Source: Patescibacteria group bacterium
GTDB lineage: Bacteria > Patescibacteriota > Patescibacteriia > 2-12-FULL-60-25
DNA length: 64,000 nucleotides
Reading direction: 5' to 3'
Assembly (NCBI GenBank): GCA_028715505.1
Contig: JAQURS010000002.1
Coordinates: 38,658-102,657 of the forward strand
Made by a program: the position numbers and the translations under genes
Shown: positions 1 through 8,306 of the stretch, one piece after another
Layout of the letters: each line of letters opens with the position of its first letter
How positions within the stretch are numbered: position 1 is the first letter of the stretch
Notes under the pieces: generated by a model
What the model was told of the DNA's origin: nothing
The model's database searches: none
Seen by the model: only the letters and a program-made list of their open reading frames with translations

Positions 1-1
1 G

Positions 2-817
2 TTCCTTTCGATTATTGCCCGCGGGTTTGGGGTTAATGTCCAACTTTGGATTTGGCAAATCGTTTTTTGGGTCGTAGGTTCTTTCATCGTCTTTTTCGGA
101 TTGAAAGTCGTGACCCTTGTTGAAGATAAACTGACTTGGTTTTTGATCGCGGCCATGGTTTTTTCCATGGTCGTACTGGTGCCGTTTTTCGATTGGCGCG
201 ACCTGATGATTTGGCAGCCCTTGGGATTTTGGCAAGGGATTGGAGTCATGTTCTTCGCGGTCATGGCCATGACAGTCATTCCCGAATCGGTCGAAATCGC
301 GGGGAGAAAACCAGAGATCGCGAACCGAGGAATTTTTTGGGGCACGATCGTGGCTGGCGTGATGTCTTGGGCTTTTGGCATGTCGATTGCTTTGGCTTAC
401 CCGCAGATTAGCTCGTCCAAAGACATTGGCTTGGCTTTTCCGCCGATTTTTTGGTGGCTTATTCCCGCGATCGGCTTATTGGCGGTTATCACGTCCTACC
501 TGACGGTCACGCAGGCATTGAAAAATCTTTGGCATTGGGACGGCAAGGTGAACCCGATCGCGGCGTGGATTATCGCCGTGGTTTTTCCGCTCGTCCTGTT
601 TTTCATTACATCGCGTAACTTTCTCGACACGATCGGCTTTGTGGGCGGAGTTTTAACGGGTCTCTCAGGTCTAATCGTCTGCCTCTGCGCTTGGGCGGCC
701 ACTCGCCGAAAAGGCGCCAAAGTCCATTGGTTTTGGAAATGGCTACCCCTACCACTCGGTTTGCTGCTTATTTTCGTGGTTTTGCAGGAGCTGGTCACGT
801 ATGTCAAAATACTCTAA
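2..817 (+). CDS. Integral membrane transporter-like protein, 5'-truncated by the window edge
   Basis: The frame of the listed 101..817 ORF stays open back to nt 2 with no stop, so the gene enters from the left. The product is a run of hydrophobic helices. The family is not recognisable by eye. Confidence 0.6.
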   Translation, partial: FLSIIARGFGVNVQLWIWQIVFWVVGSFIVFFGLKVVTLVEDKLTWFLIAAMVFSMVVLVPFFDWRDLMIWQPLGFWQGIGVMFFAVMAMTVIPESVEIAGRKPEIANRGIFWGTIVAGVMSWAFGMSIALAYPQISSSKDIGLAFPPIFWWLIPAIGLLAVITSYLTVTQALKNLWHWDGKVNPIAAWIIAVVFPLVLFFITSRNFLDTIGFVGGVLTGLSGLIVCLCAWAATRRKGAKVHWFWKWLPLPLGLLLIFVVLQELVTYVKIL

Positions 818-907
818 ACGTCCTGAAAACGTACCCAGCGTCCTGAAAACGTCCTGCCCAATTATCAAGGACGTTAAAGGACGCATGGAGGACGCTCTTA
901 GGACGCT
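818..907. promoter_or_regulatory. Array of CGTCC (x3) and GGACG (x4) pentamers; candidate operator array or alternative-hairpin RNA leader
   Basis: CGTCC at 819, 839 and 850. GGACG at 869, 879, 890 and 901 (spacing 10/11/11). There is a perfect 14-nt direct repeat CGTCCTGAAAACGT at 819-832 and 839-852. Confidence 0.35.
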
Positions 908-916
908 AATAATCAT

Positions 917-1336
917 ATGAAACGTTATTTCCCCCTGATTTACATCCCGGTGCTCAAATGGCTGGCCAACGTGACCATCGTGATGATCGTTTTTGGCTAT
1001 CTGTTTCCCAATCCTTTGAACAAATGGCTCGAGCTTGGCATCGGCTGGACGCTTTCCATGGGCATTGCCATGTTTTTCGCTTATTGGGCATGCCATAAAG
1101 AAGTGCCGCAAGGCAAGCAGTTAGGTTTGCTTATTCTTTTTTGGGCGGTCATTACGGCTTTGATGGAAATGCTTTTGAGCTATTACACTTTCTGGGATCC
1201 GTTCTTCACCCTTTTGAATTACGCTTTCGCAGTCCAGTTGCTTTTGGAAATCCTCGGCATTTTGATCATCGTTAAAGTCCTACGCCGCCAACGGGCTTAC
1301 AACGTCGCGGCCGAAGGCATCAATTTGGAAGCTTAG
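917..1336 (+). CDS. Small integral membrane protein (hypothetical)
   Basis: 139-aa ORF with about four hydrophobic segments. It converges on the HAD gene with a 17-nt overlap. Confidence 0.6.
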   Translation: MKRYFPLIYIPVLKWLANVTIVMIVFGYLFPNPLNKWLELGIGWTLSMGIAMFFAYWACHKEVPQGKQLGLLILFWAVITALMEMLLSYYTFWDPFFTLLNYAFAVQLLLEILGILIIVKVLRRQRAYNVAAEGINLEA

Positions 1337-1946
1337 AAAACAAAGAGGCTAACTCCTCTGGAGAATCGACCAAATAATCAGGACTGGATTTTTCCAGTCT
1401 TGTTTTGTCATGGAAGCCCCAACTCGCGGCCACAGTGGTCGCGCCGGCTCGTCGGCCCTCGATCACGTCGCCAGTCGTGTCGCCCACGTAAAAGATTTTT
1501 GAGTCAGGATGCTTTTCTTTGACGCTCTCGATCTTTTTGATCTTGCTTTTCTCAACATCCCCACCGATGACTTCCGAGAAAACGGTTATGCCTTTGGACG
1601 CCAGGTAATCCTTCGTCAAATCAGTCAGATTCGACGTGATGGCCACGAGCGAATAACTCTTTGATAATTCATCCAACATATCCTTAACGCCTGGCATGAG
1701 ATTTTGATCTTTATACTTGGCCGTCATTTCCACCCTGAGCCCGGCCATGAACTGGTTAATCTCTTTGTCTGTGATGCCTCTGGATCTCAAGCTCTCAAAA
1801 AAGTTGCCATCAAAAAAACTCACAAAATCATTTTTGGTAATGATTTCGTCCCTGTACTTCTTGAAGAGGTTGATGAAAACGCCAGACAAAAAATCCAAGG
1901 AATCGATCAAAACTCCGTCACAGTCGAAGATGATGAGGCTTGGCAT
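1320..1946 (-). CDS. HAD-superfamily phosphatase (phosphoglycolate phosphatase-like)
   Basis: N-terminal FDCDGVLIDS (DxDG motif I) and C-terminal GDTxxD motif. The start lies 1 nt after the folD stop. Confidence 0.8.
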   Translation of the reverse strand: MPSLIIFDCDGVLIDSLDFLSGVFINLFKKYRDEIITKNDFVSFFDGNFFESLRSRGITDKEINQFMAGLRVEMTAKYKDQNLMPGVKDMLDELSKSYSLVAITSNLTDLTKDYLASKGITVFSEVIGGDVEKSKIKKIESVKEKHPDSKIFYVGDTTGDVIEGRRAGATTVAASWGFHDKTRLEKSSPDYLVDSPEELASLFSKLPN

Positions 1947-1947
1947 A

Positions 1948-2787
1948 TTACTCCGCCAAGTCTTTAACCGTTTTCATTAGCATGGCGACGGTCATTGGGC
2001 CCACGCCGCCGGGGACGGGCGTATACCAGCCTTGGAGTTCTTCAGAGCCAGTGGGATCAAAATCGCCGCGGACTTTACCGTCAGGAGTCTTATTTGTTCC
2101 GACGTCGATCAGGACCGTGCCATCTTTGACGCTGTTTGAAGTCAAGAATCCCGCTTTGCCAACGGCAACGACGATAGTGTCCGCTTGGCGTAATTCCTTA
2201 TCTTCAAAATTGAATTTACCAGTCGTGGCTGAAGGGATTTCGATCTGGACCGTGGCGCCGGCTTTTTCCAAAATGTGTTTAAGCGGATCGGCGAAAATAT
2301 GCGAATTGGCTACGATGATGGCTAAAGAATGATTGGGCGTCACGCCAGTCGAAGCGATCAGCCTTAAAATTCCCTCGTGGAGCGGGGGGACGATCTTAGC
2401 CTCGCCGTCTTGAAGGGCTTGGACGTTTATTGGATGGAAGCCGTCGGCGTCTTTTTGGGGATCAATCACGGCGACCAAGGCGTCCGTGTCGTGACCTTCG
2501 GGCAAGGGGAGTTGGATTAAAATTCCGTGGACATCCTTGTCCTCGTTCCATGAAGAGATGATGCTTTTAAGTTCATCATCGGAAGTTTCGGCCGGTAAAC
2601 GCCGAACGTCTGTTAGGATTCCGATTCTTTCAGCGGCTTTTTGCTTGAGCGCAACGTAAAGCGCCGAAGCCGGATCGTCTCCAACCAAAAGCACGCCGAG
2701 TTTAGGCCTGAGATCTTTGCTTTGGATTTCGGACTTCAAATCATCCAAAATTTGGTCGGCAATTTGCCTGCCGGGAATTTTTTGCAT
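1948..2787 (-). CDS. folD: Bifunctional methylenetetrahydrofolate dehydrogenase/cyclohydrolase
   Basis: VGDDPASALYVALKQK, GILIQLPLP, DADGFHPIN and PVPGGVGPMT motifs. The canonical GRS NADP-loop reads ANSHIFADP here. Confidence 0.85.
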   Translation of the reverse strand: MQKIPGRQIADQILDDLKSEIQSKDLRPKLGVLLVGDDPASALYVALKQKAAERIGILTDVRRLPAETSDDELKSIISSWNEDKDVHGILIQLPLPEGHDTDALVAVIDPQKDADGFHPINVQALQDGEAKIVPPLHEGILRLIASTGVTPNHSLAIIVANSHIFADPLKHILEKAGATVQIEIPSATTGKFNFEDKELRQADTIVVAVGKAGFLTSNSVKDGTVLIDVGTNKTPDGKVRGDFDPTGSEELQGWYTPVPGGVGPMTVAMLMKTVKDLAE

Positions 2788-2823
2788 GCCGTTAGGATAC
2801 GGCGAATTTTGCGATTTGTCACG

Positions 2824-2940
2824 AGATCCCCTGATTGCGCCTTAAAAAGGACGCAATCTGTCCCCTTGATAAGGGGACGGTGACTAGTAAACAGGTTGCG
2901 TCCCCTTGATAAGGGGAAGACCCGGAGGGTCAGGGGATCT
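2824..2940. repeat. Compound palindromic spacer element (nested hairpins) between glyA and folD
   Basis: A 10-bp outer stem pairs 2824-2833 with 2931-2940. Two identical hairpins TCCCCTT-GAT-AAGGGGA lie at 2861-2877 and 2901-2917. An extra imperfect stem, TTGCGCC...GGACGCAA, lies at 2835-2856. Confidence 0.7.
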
Positions 2941-4261
2941 GACTTATTCCAGGCACCTTAAATTTCCCGCACATCTCTTTGACCTCGCTGCGCAAAGCGT
3001 CATACCAGGCGTCAGTCTTGAGGGATTCTTTAAATTGTTTGATGAGAGCCAAGCGGGCTTCTTTTTCGGTCGGCAATTGATAGTCCTTGATGTGGTCGAT
3101 AACTTGCGAGATCCAATTCGCGATCTGTTTCATTTCCGTTTCGCCCATGCCACGCGTGGTGGCGGCCGGCGTGCCAAGGCGCAAACCGCTCGGGTAAAAC
3201 GGCGTGCTCGGATCGCCTGGAATCATGTTGCGGTTAGCTATCAATCCAACGCGTTCCAAAGCAAGGTCGGCAAACAGTCCTCGGCCAGGGCCGGTGGGCG
3301 TCAAATCAACCAATATCAAATGATTATCCGTTCCGCCGGAAACGAGCTTGAGTCCGTGTGTCGTCAATTCCTGCGACAGGACTTTGGCGTTACTGACGAT
3401 TTTAGCGGCGTAATCCTTGAATTCCGGTTTGGAGGCTTCGAGCAAAGCAATGCCAATTCCGGCGATGTTGTTCAAATGCGGTCCGCCTTGCAAGCCGGGG
3501 ATGATGGCCTTATCAATTTTTTCCGCGAGTTCGGGATCCTTATCCAAACCTTTTTGTGTGACCATGATCATGGCGCCGCGCGGCCCGCGTAAAGTTTTGT
3601 GCGTGGTCGTCATTACTAAATGAGCATGCGCCACGGGACTTTCGTGTTGGTCACCGGCTACCAAACCGGCGATGTGCGAGATGTCAGCCAGCAAATAAGC
3701 GCCGACCTCGTCCGCGATTCGCGCGAATTCAGCAAAAGGAATGGCGCGCGGGATGGCCGTACCTCCGCAAACGATGACTTTGGGTTTGTTTTCTTGCGCC
3801 AAACGTCTCACTTCATCCAAATCGATCGTCCCGTCGGCTTTCATGTGGTATGGAACGCTCTTCCAAAATTTCGAAGTCATGGAAAATTTCCAGCCGTGAG
3901 TCAAATGCCCGCCATCCAAAAGATTCAAGCCCATGATGGCGTCGCCGGGTTCGCAGATGGCGCAATAGATCGCCAGATTAGCCGGGCTGCCGGAGTACGG
4001 TTGGACATTGACGTTAGACACACCGAAAAGAGCCTTGGCCCGGTCGCGCGCCAAGTTCTCGACTTTGTCGGCGACTTCATTGCCGGGGTAATAACGCTTG
4101 CCCGGATAGCCCTCCGCGTATTTGTCCGAGAGGACGCTCGAAAGCGCCGCCAAAATATCCGGCGAGGCGTGATTTTCCGACGGGATTAGCGTCAAGGAAT
4201 TCGCCTGACGGTCGGCCTCGGCCTGCAGAAGCTCGGCCATTTGTGGATCATTTTGGATCAT
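2930..4261 (-). CDS. glyA: Serine hydroxymethyltransferase
   Basis: SLTLIPSENHASP and THKTLRGPRG (PLP lysine) motifs. Full length is 443 aa. Confidence 0.95.
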   Translation of the reverse strand: MIQNDPQMAELLQAEADRQANSLTLIPSENHASPDILAALSSVLSDKYAEGYPGKRYYPGNEVADKVENLARDRAKALFGVSNVNVQPYSGSPANLAIYCAICEPGDAIMGLNLLDGGHLTHGWKFSMTSKFWKSVPYHMKADGTIDLDEVRRLAQENKPKVIVCGGTAIPRAIPFAEFARIADEVGAYLLADISHIAGLVAGDQHESPVAHAHLVMTTTHKTLRGPRGAMIMVTQKGLDKDPELAEKIDKAIIPGLQGGPHLNNIAGIGIALLEASKPEFKDYAAKIVSNAKVLSQELTTHGLKLVSGGTDNHLILVDLTPTGPGRGLFADLALERVGLIANRNMIPGDPSTPFYPSGLRLGTPAATTRGMGETEMKQIANWISQVIDHIKDYQLPTEKEARLALIKQFKESLKTDAWYDALRSEVKEMCGKFKVPGISQIP

Positions 4262-4366
4262 ATTGAGTAAAAGATTACCCCAGATTCGACGGTTAGGATA
4301 GTACCTTGACTTGCAGGATATTTCCTGCCATATTTATCCTTCGTTGTTACCTTGGAGGAGGTTGCA

Positions 4367-4885
4367 ATGCTCATTAAAGAAAGACTGCCGATACCGATCG
4401 AGCGGCACGAGAGCGGAACCTTAAAGTGGTTCGTTGGGATTGGCATTTTCCTGTTCGTCTGTCTTGCTTTGCAGGATTATGCGAGATTGAATTTTGGCTT
4501 GGACGTTTTCCAGCTCATGATGGAACTGGGCATGGTTTCAGTCATAGTTTTCCTGCCCATGGTCCTGATGATCGGCGTTTCAGCCATGCTCTGGCACGCG
4601 CTCAAGCTTCAAGCCAAAGACGGGGCGATCCTCGTCTCGCTCTTTCTTGGTCCGCTGGCCATATTCTTGATCTCGGCGCATCTTTTTATGAGCCATGCGC
4701 TTTCGCCGCTCAAGCTGAACTTCCGGAACGCGTCGCAACTCAACCGATCCGAGGAGTTAACGGCTATCGTCAAAGCGCGCGACAAGCACCTGGAAGAAAG
4801 TGGATATCATAGGCTCGGTACGTGGCGGGCTGGCGACCAGGACGGCGATTGTGTGTCTGTTTATCTCTTTACGGGGGCGTTCTAG
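4367..4885 (+). CDS. Membrane protein (hypothetical)
   Basis: ATG at 4367 lies 6 nt after GGAGGAGG (4353-4360). The TTG at 4352 lies within that SD, so it is rejected as the start. Three or four hydrophobic helices. Confidence 0.6.
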   Translation: MLIKERLPIPIERHESGTLKWFVGIGIFLFVCLALQDYARLNFGLDVFQLMMELGMVSVIVFLPMVLMIGVSAMLWHALKLQAKDGAILVSLFLGPLAIFLISAHLFMSHALSPLKLNFRNASQLNRSEELTAIVKARDKHLEESGYHRLGTWRAGDQDGDCVSVYLFTGAF

Positions 4886-4922
4886 CGCCTCTTTTTCTTT
4901 TAAGCTAAACTTAGAGCGAACT

Positions 4923-5345
4923 ATGGAGCAGATACCCCTGAATGTTCAAAAAAACGAGCAACCAAACAAAAAATCACCTGAAGAGATCAAAGCCACCGCG
5001 GCCAGGTTATTCATGCTTTTGGGCGGAAAAGGCATCCTGGACCGATGGGGCGACGCCATCGGCGAACCGAATCCGGACATGAAGGAATATTTGCCGCACA
5101 AGAGAACAAAGCGGGAGAAGGAAGAAACGAGATCGGAACCGCCGCCGCCGAAGTCGATTTTAACGTCCGAACAGGTAGAGGCCGAAATCAAACAAACTTT
5201 CAATTCGTGGAAATCGGATTTTCGGGAATTTGGTGAAGATGGCGCGATTCGCGTGTGGGAAGAAATGACGGATCATCTTTTGTCGCGCGGGCGGACCGAA
5301 TTGCGTCATGTCATTTTAGAGTCTCTTTACGGGTTGAAAAACTAG
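4923..5345 (+). CDS. Hypothetical protein
   Basis: In-frame ATG at 4923 avoids overlap with the upstream gene. Charged, Pro/Lys/Glu-rich middle region. No recognisable family. Confidence 0.5.
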   Translation: MEQIPLNVQKNEQPNKKSPEEIKATAARLFMLLGGKGILDRWGDAIGEPNPDMKEYLPHKRTKREKEETRSEPPPPKSILTSEQVEAEIKQTFNSWKSDFREFGEDGAIRVWEEMTDHLLSRGRTELRHVILESLYGLKN

Positions 5346-5346
5346 T

Positions 5347-6804
5347 ATGCTCAACGTCCACGCTTTAAAGCGTTTCCATCTGGTCGGGATCGGCGGCATC
5401 AACATGTCGGCCGTGGCTAAGCTTTTGGCTAAGTCGGGAACGTCTGTCACGGGTTCTGATTTGGCCGATTCGGACGCGATCAAGGAATTGAGGAACCTGG
5501 GTATCAAAATAGCCATCGGCCCGCATGACGAACGCAACGTGCCGGAGGATTGCCAAATAGTCATCCATACTTCGGCATCAAGGGAAGATAATCCCGAAAG
5601 GGAAGCCGCGTTCCACCGCCATCTTCCCGATGTTTCGAATTTTGAATTTTTGGGTGAATGGTTCAAGGATAAAAAAATCATTCTCGTCACTGGCACGCAT
5701 GGCAAAAGCACGACCACGGCGCTGCTCGCCGCCATGTGCATCCAGGCTAACCTGGATCCGATTGTCATTATTGGTAGCCGTTTGCCGAATTGGCCGGACG
5801 CGAATTTGCGGATCGGCCAATCGGACTTGGTTATCATCGAAGGCGACGAATACGCCAAACATTTTTTGAGTTTCCATCCGTCTGGCCTAATCATCAACAA
5901 CATTGAACTTGACCATACTGATATTTTCGCGGATTTGGACGACGTGCGGCACGCCTTTGAGCGTCTCTTGCGCCAGACCAAGAAGGACGCGACGGTGGTG
6001 GTAAACGGCGAGTCGGCCGAAGCCATGAAAGCGGTCAAATCAATCAAGTTGCACGGATTCAAAACCATTACCTTCGGGCGACGCGAGACGGTTAAACTGC
6101 AAAGCGAGGCTTACGACGCCATGATGGAAAACGCGCGCGTCGCGGACGCGACTGAAGTGAAGATCAAGTACGGGGCGGAGGATTGGAATTTAAAGATATC
6201 GCTCATGGGAGTTCATAATGCCATGAACGTGACCGCGGCCGCGGTTATGGCTAAGGAACTAGGCGCTTCGGCCGAAGCCATCCAAAAAGCCGTGGCCGGA
6301 TTTAAGGGACTTTGGCGCCGCATGGAATTTTTGGGCGAACGCGCCGGAGCCATGGTTTTTTCGGATTATGGCCACCATCCCACGGCCGTGCGCGAAACGC
6401 TGGTCGGCATCAAGCAAGCTTATCCGGATAAAAGGGTCGTGTTATGCTTCCAACCGCACCACAAGAATCGCACTAAGCATCTTTTTGAAGAGTTTGCCGC
6501 CTGTTTCGATCAAGCGGACATTCTCGTGCTTTGCGAAATTTACGACGTGGCCGGACGCGACGCGGCAGAAGACGCTGACGTGAACTCGCAAAAGTTACTT
6601 GAGGCGATTAAAGTCAAGTCTCCGAAATTAACGGCTGAGTACGCGCCCAACCCGGAGGCGGCCGTCAAACAAACTTTCGCGCTTTTGAAACCCGGCGACC
6701 TTTGCGTCTTCATGGGCGCGGGGGATATAGACGCTTATTTACGAAGCGAACTGGAGGTTGCTTCGGCGATTCCTCCGGTCGCCGTTGGCGACCACCTCCC
6801 TTAA
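5347..6804 (+). CDS. murC: UDP-N-acetylmuramate--L-alanine ligase
   Basis: HLVGIGGINMSAVAKLL N-terminus, GTHGKSTTT P-loop and Mur ligase C-terminal GAGDI. Confidence 0.93.
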   Translation: MLNVHALKRFHLVGIGGINMSAVAKLLAKSGTSVTGSDLADSDAIKELRNLGIKIAIGPHDERNVPEDCQIVIHTSASREDNPEREAAFHRHLPDVSNFEFLGEWFKDKKIILVTGTHGKSTTTALLAAMCIQANLDPIVIIGSRLPNWPDANLRIGQSDLVIIEGDEYAKHFLSFHPSGLIINNIELDHTDIFADLDDVRHAFERLLRQTKKDATVVVNGESAEAMKAVKSIKLHGFKTITFGRRETVKLQSEAYDAMMENARVADATEVKIKYGAEDWNLKISLMGVHNAMNVTAAAVMAKELGASAEAIQKAVAGFKGLWRRMEFLGERAGAMVFSDYGHHPTAVRETLVGIKQAYPDKRVVLCFQPHHKNRTKHLFEEFAACFDQADILVLCEIYDVAGRDAAEDADVNSQKLLEAIKVKSPKLTAEYAPNPEAAVKQTFALLKPGDLCVFMGAGDIDAYLRSELEVASAIPPVAVGDHLP

Positions 6805-6816
6805 ACAAGGGAGGCT

Positions 6817-6855
6817 AAAAGCCCCCTTTGTGTAAAGGGGGATCAAAGGGGGAAT
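6817..6855 (+). repeat. Hairpin element copy R1 (AAAAG-CCCCCTTT-GTGT-AAAGGGGG-ATC-AAAGGGGGAAT)
   Basis: 8-bp G/C-clamped stem followed by a second G-run that serves as the SD for the ATG at 6856. Confidence 0.8.
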
Positions 6856-7278
6856 ATGAACTTGATTACAAACAATTTTCATCTCCCATACAATCCTAAG
6901 AATATACAGCGGTCACAAAGGCTTCGTAAGAATTCAACAAAAGCTGAAAATAAATTATGGTACGAATGTTTGAAGGGACTCAAACCCCAATTTTACCGTC
7001 AACGTCCGATTGATCACTACATCGTAGATTTCTACTGTCCCAAGCTCAAGCTCGTGATTGAGATTGATGGCGATTCGCATTTCACTGAAGATGGGATTGG
7101 TAACGATCGAATCAGGACCTCTGTGCTTGCAGGCTACGGCTTGCGGGTTAAGCGATTCACTAACTTAGAAATTGATCAGAATTTTGATGTTGTTAAGCAA
7201 TTAATATATGATTGGATTCAATCTTACCAAAAGCCCCCTTTAATAAAGGGGGAAACAAAGGAGGATTTAAACCTATGA
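6856..7278 (+). CDS. DUF559 (Vsr/restriction-endonuclease-like) domain protein
   Basis: LRKNSTKAENKLWYECLK...FYRQRPIDHYIVDFYCPKLKLVIEIDGDSH matches the DUF559 core as I remember it. The C-terminal KPPLIKGETKED is encoded by repeat R2. Confidence 0.8.
   Translation: MNLITNNFHLPYNPKNIQRSQRLRKNSTKAENKLWYECLKGLKPQFYRQRPIDHYIVDFYCPKLKLVIEIDGDSHFTEDGIGNDRIRTSVLAGYGLRVKRFTNLEIDQNFDVVKQLIYDWIQSYQKPPLIKGETKEDLNL
7229..7266 (+). repeat. Hairpin element copy R2 (AAAAG-CCCCCTTT-AAT-AAAGGGGG-AAAC-AAAGGAGGATT)
   Basis: About 30 of 38 positions are identical to R1 by eye. It contains the AAGGAGG SD for murB. Confidence 0.8.
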
Positions 7279-8246
7279 CCCCAGAAGCAATCTCAGCCTT
7301 CAAAAAAGAATTTCCCGACATCCTCGAAAATGAACTGATGGCCAAGCACACGAACCTGCGCATCGGCGGACCGGCGCGCCTGTTCCTCGTGGCCGAGGAA
7401 CCCAGCATCCTGCTGGACGCGGCCGCGTTGGCGCGCAAACTCAAAACGCCGTGGTACGTCTTCGGCGGAGGATCGAACTTACTCGTCTCCGATGACGGTT
7501 ACGACGGACTGATGATCCAGATCGCTTTCCGCAACATCAAACTCCGCCAACAAACCGTGACGGCCGAAGCCGGCGCCATCACTTCCACGGTCGCGCGGCA
7601 AACGGCCGAAGCCGGCCTTGCGGGGCTTGAATGGGCCGTGGGCGTTCCAGGAACTATCGGCGGCGCCATCTACGGCAATTCCGGTTGTTACGGCAGCGAG
7701 ATCAAAGACAACTTGGTCACCGTCGATTGTTTGGACAAGGAAGGCAAGCCGGTCGTCTATCCTTTGGCCGAGTGCCGCATGGGCTATCGCGACAGCCGGT
7801 TCAAACACGAGCCGCACGTCATCTTGCGCGCGACTTTCAAACTAACTCCCGGCGAGGTCGACAAGCTCAAGCAGCGCATGGACGACGTCATGCGCATGCG
7901 AAAGGAAAAACAGCCGCTCGAGTTTGGCAGCGCGGGTTGTATGTTCAAGAATTTCGTATTCAAAGATGAAAGCGAGCTCGATCGCTTGAAACAGGATGTC
8001 AAGGAAATCCCGCCAGAGATGCTGGCCAAGAAATCTCTTTCCGCCGGTTGGCTGATCCAACAATCCGGGTTGATGGGCGAAAAAATTGGCGACGCGCAGA
8101 TCAGCGACAAGCACGGCAACTTCATCATCAACCTGGGGAAAGCAACGGCCCAGGATATCCTCATGCTTACCAGCAAAGCCAAGATGAAAGTTCGGGATGA
8201 TTACAACATTATGCTGGAAGACGAAGTGCAACTTGCCGGGTTTTGA
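7275..8246 (+). CDS. murB: UDP-N-acetylenolpyruvoylglucosamine reductase
   Basis: LRIGGPARLF and GGGSNLLV FAD-binding motifs. The preferred start is ATG 7275 (SD AAGGAGG at 7258-7264, ATGA overlap with the DUF559 stop) rather than 7212. Confidence 0.9.
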   Translation: MTPEAISAFKKEFPDILENELMAKHTNLRIGGPARLFLVAEEPSILLDAAALARKLKTPWYVFGGGSNLLVSDDGYDGLMIQIAFRNIKLRQQTVTAEAGAITSTVARQTAEAGLAGLEWAVGVPGTIGGAIYGNSGCYGSEIKDNLVTVDCLDKEGKPVVYPLAECRMGYRDSRFKHEPHVILRATFKLTPGEVDKLKQRMDDVMRMRKEKQPLEFGSAGCMFKNFVFKDESELDRLKQDVKEIPPEMLAKKSLSAGWLIQQSGLMGEKIGDAQISDKHGNFIINLGKATAQDILMLTSKAKMKVRDDYNIMLEDEVQLAGF

Positions 8247-8306
8247 CGGCCTGCAGCCGGGCGATTACCATAACTAAGGTACGATGTTACTCGTAATCGA
8301 AAAAAT

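Larger units (their letters stand above)
6817..7266 (+). mobile_element. Candidate selfish cassette: DUF559 nuclease ORF bracketed by imperfect direct repeats
   Basis: Repeats at 6817-6855 and 7229-7266 flank the ORF. Removing the interval would leave an intact murC-hairpin-SD-murB junction. Confidence 0.35.

Noticed and set aside
2906-4189. ORFs 2906..3592 and 3620..4189, antisense to glyA
   Set aside because: GlyA is full length and highly conserved on the minus strand. These are shadow ORFs.
5316-6068. 250-aa ORF antisense to murC
   Set aside because: MurC motifs (GTHGKSTTT and others) occupy the plus strand. The antisense ORF has no support.
7212-7274. Upstream ATG (7212) as the murB start
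   Set aside because: It would add 21 residues encoded by the hairpin repeat and overlap the DUF559 gene by 67 nt. ATG 7275 has a consensus AAGGAGG SD at optimal spacing, and the product then aligns with MurB N-termini.
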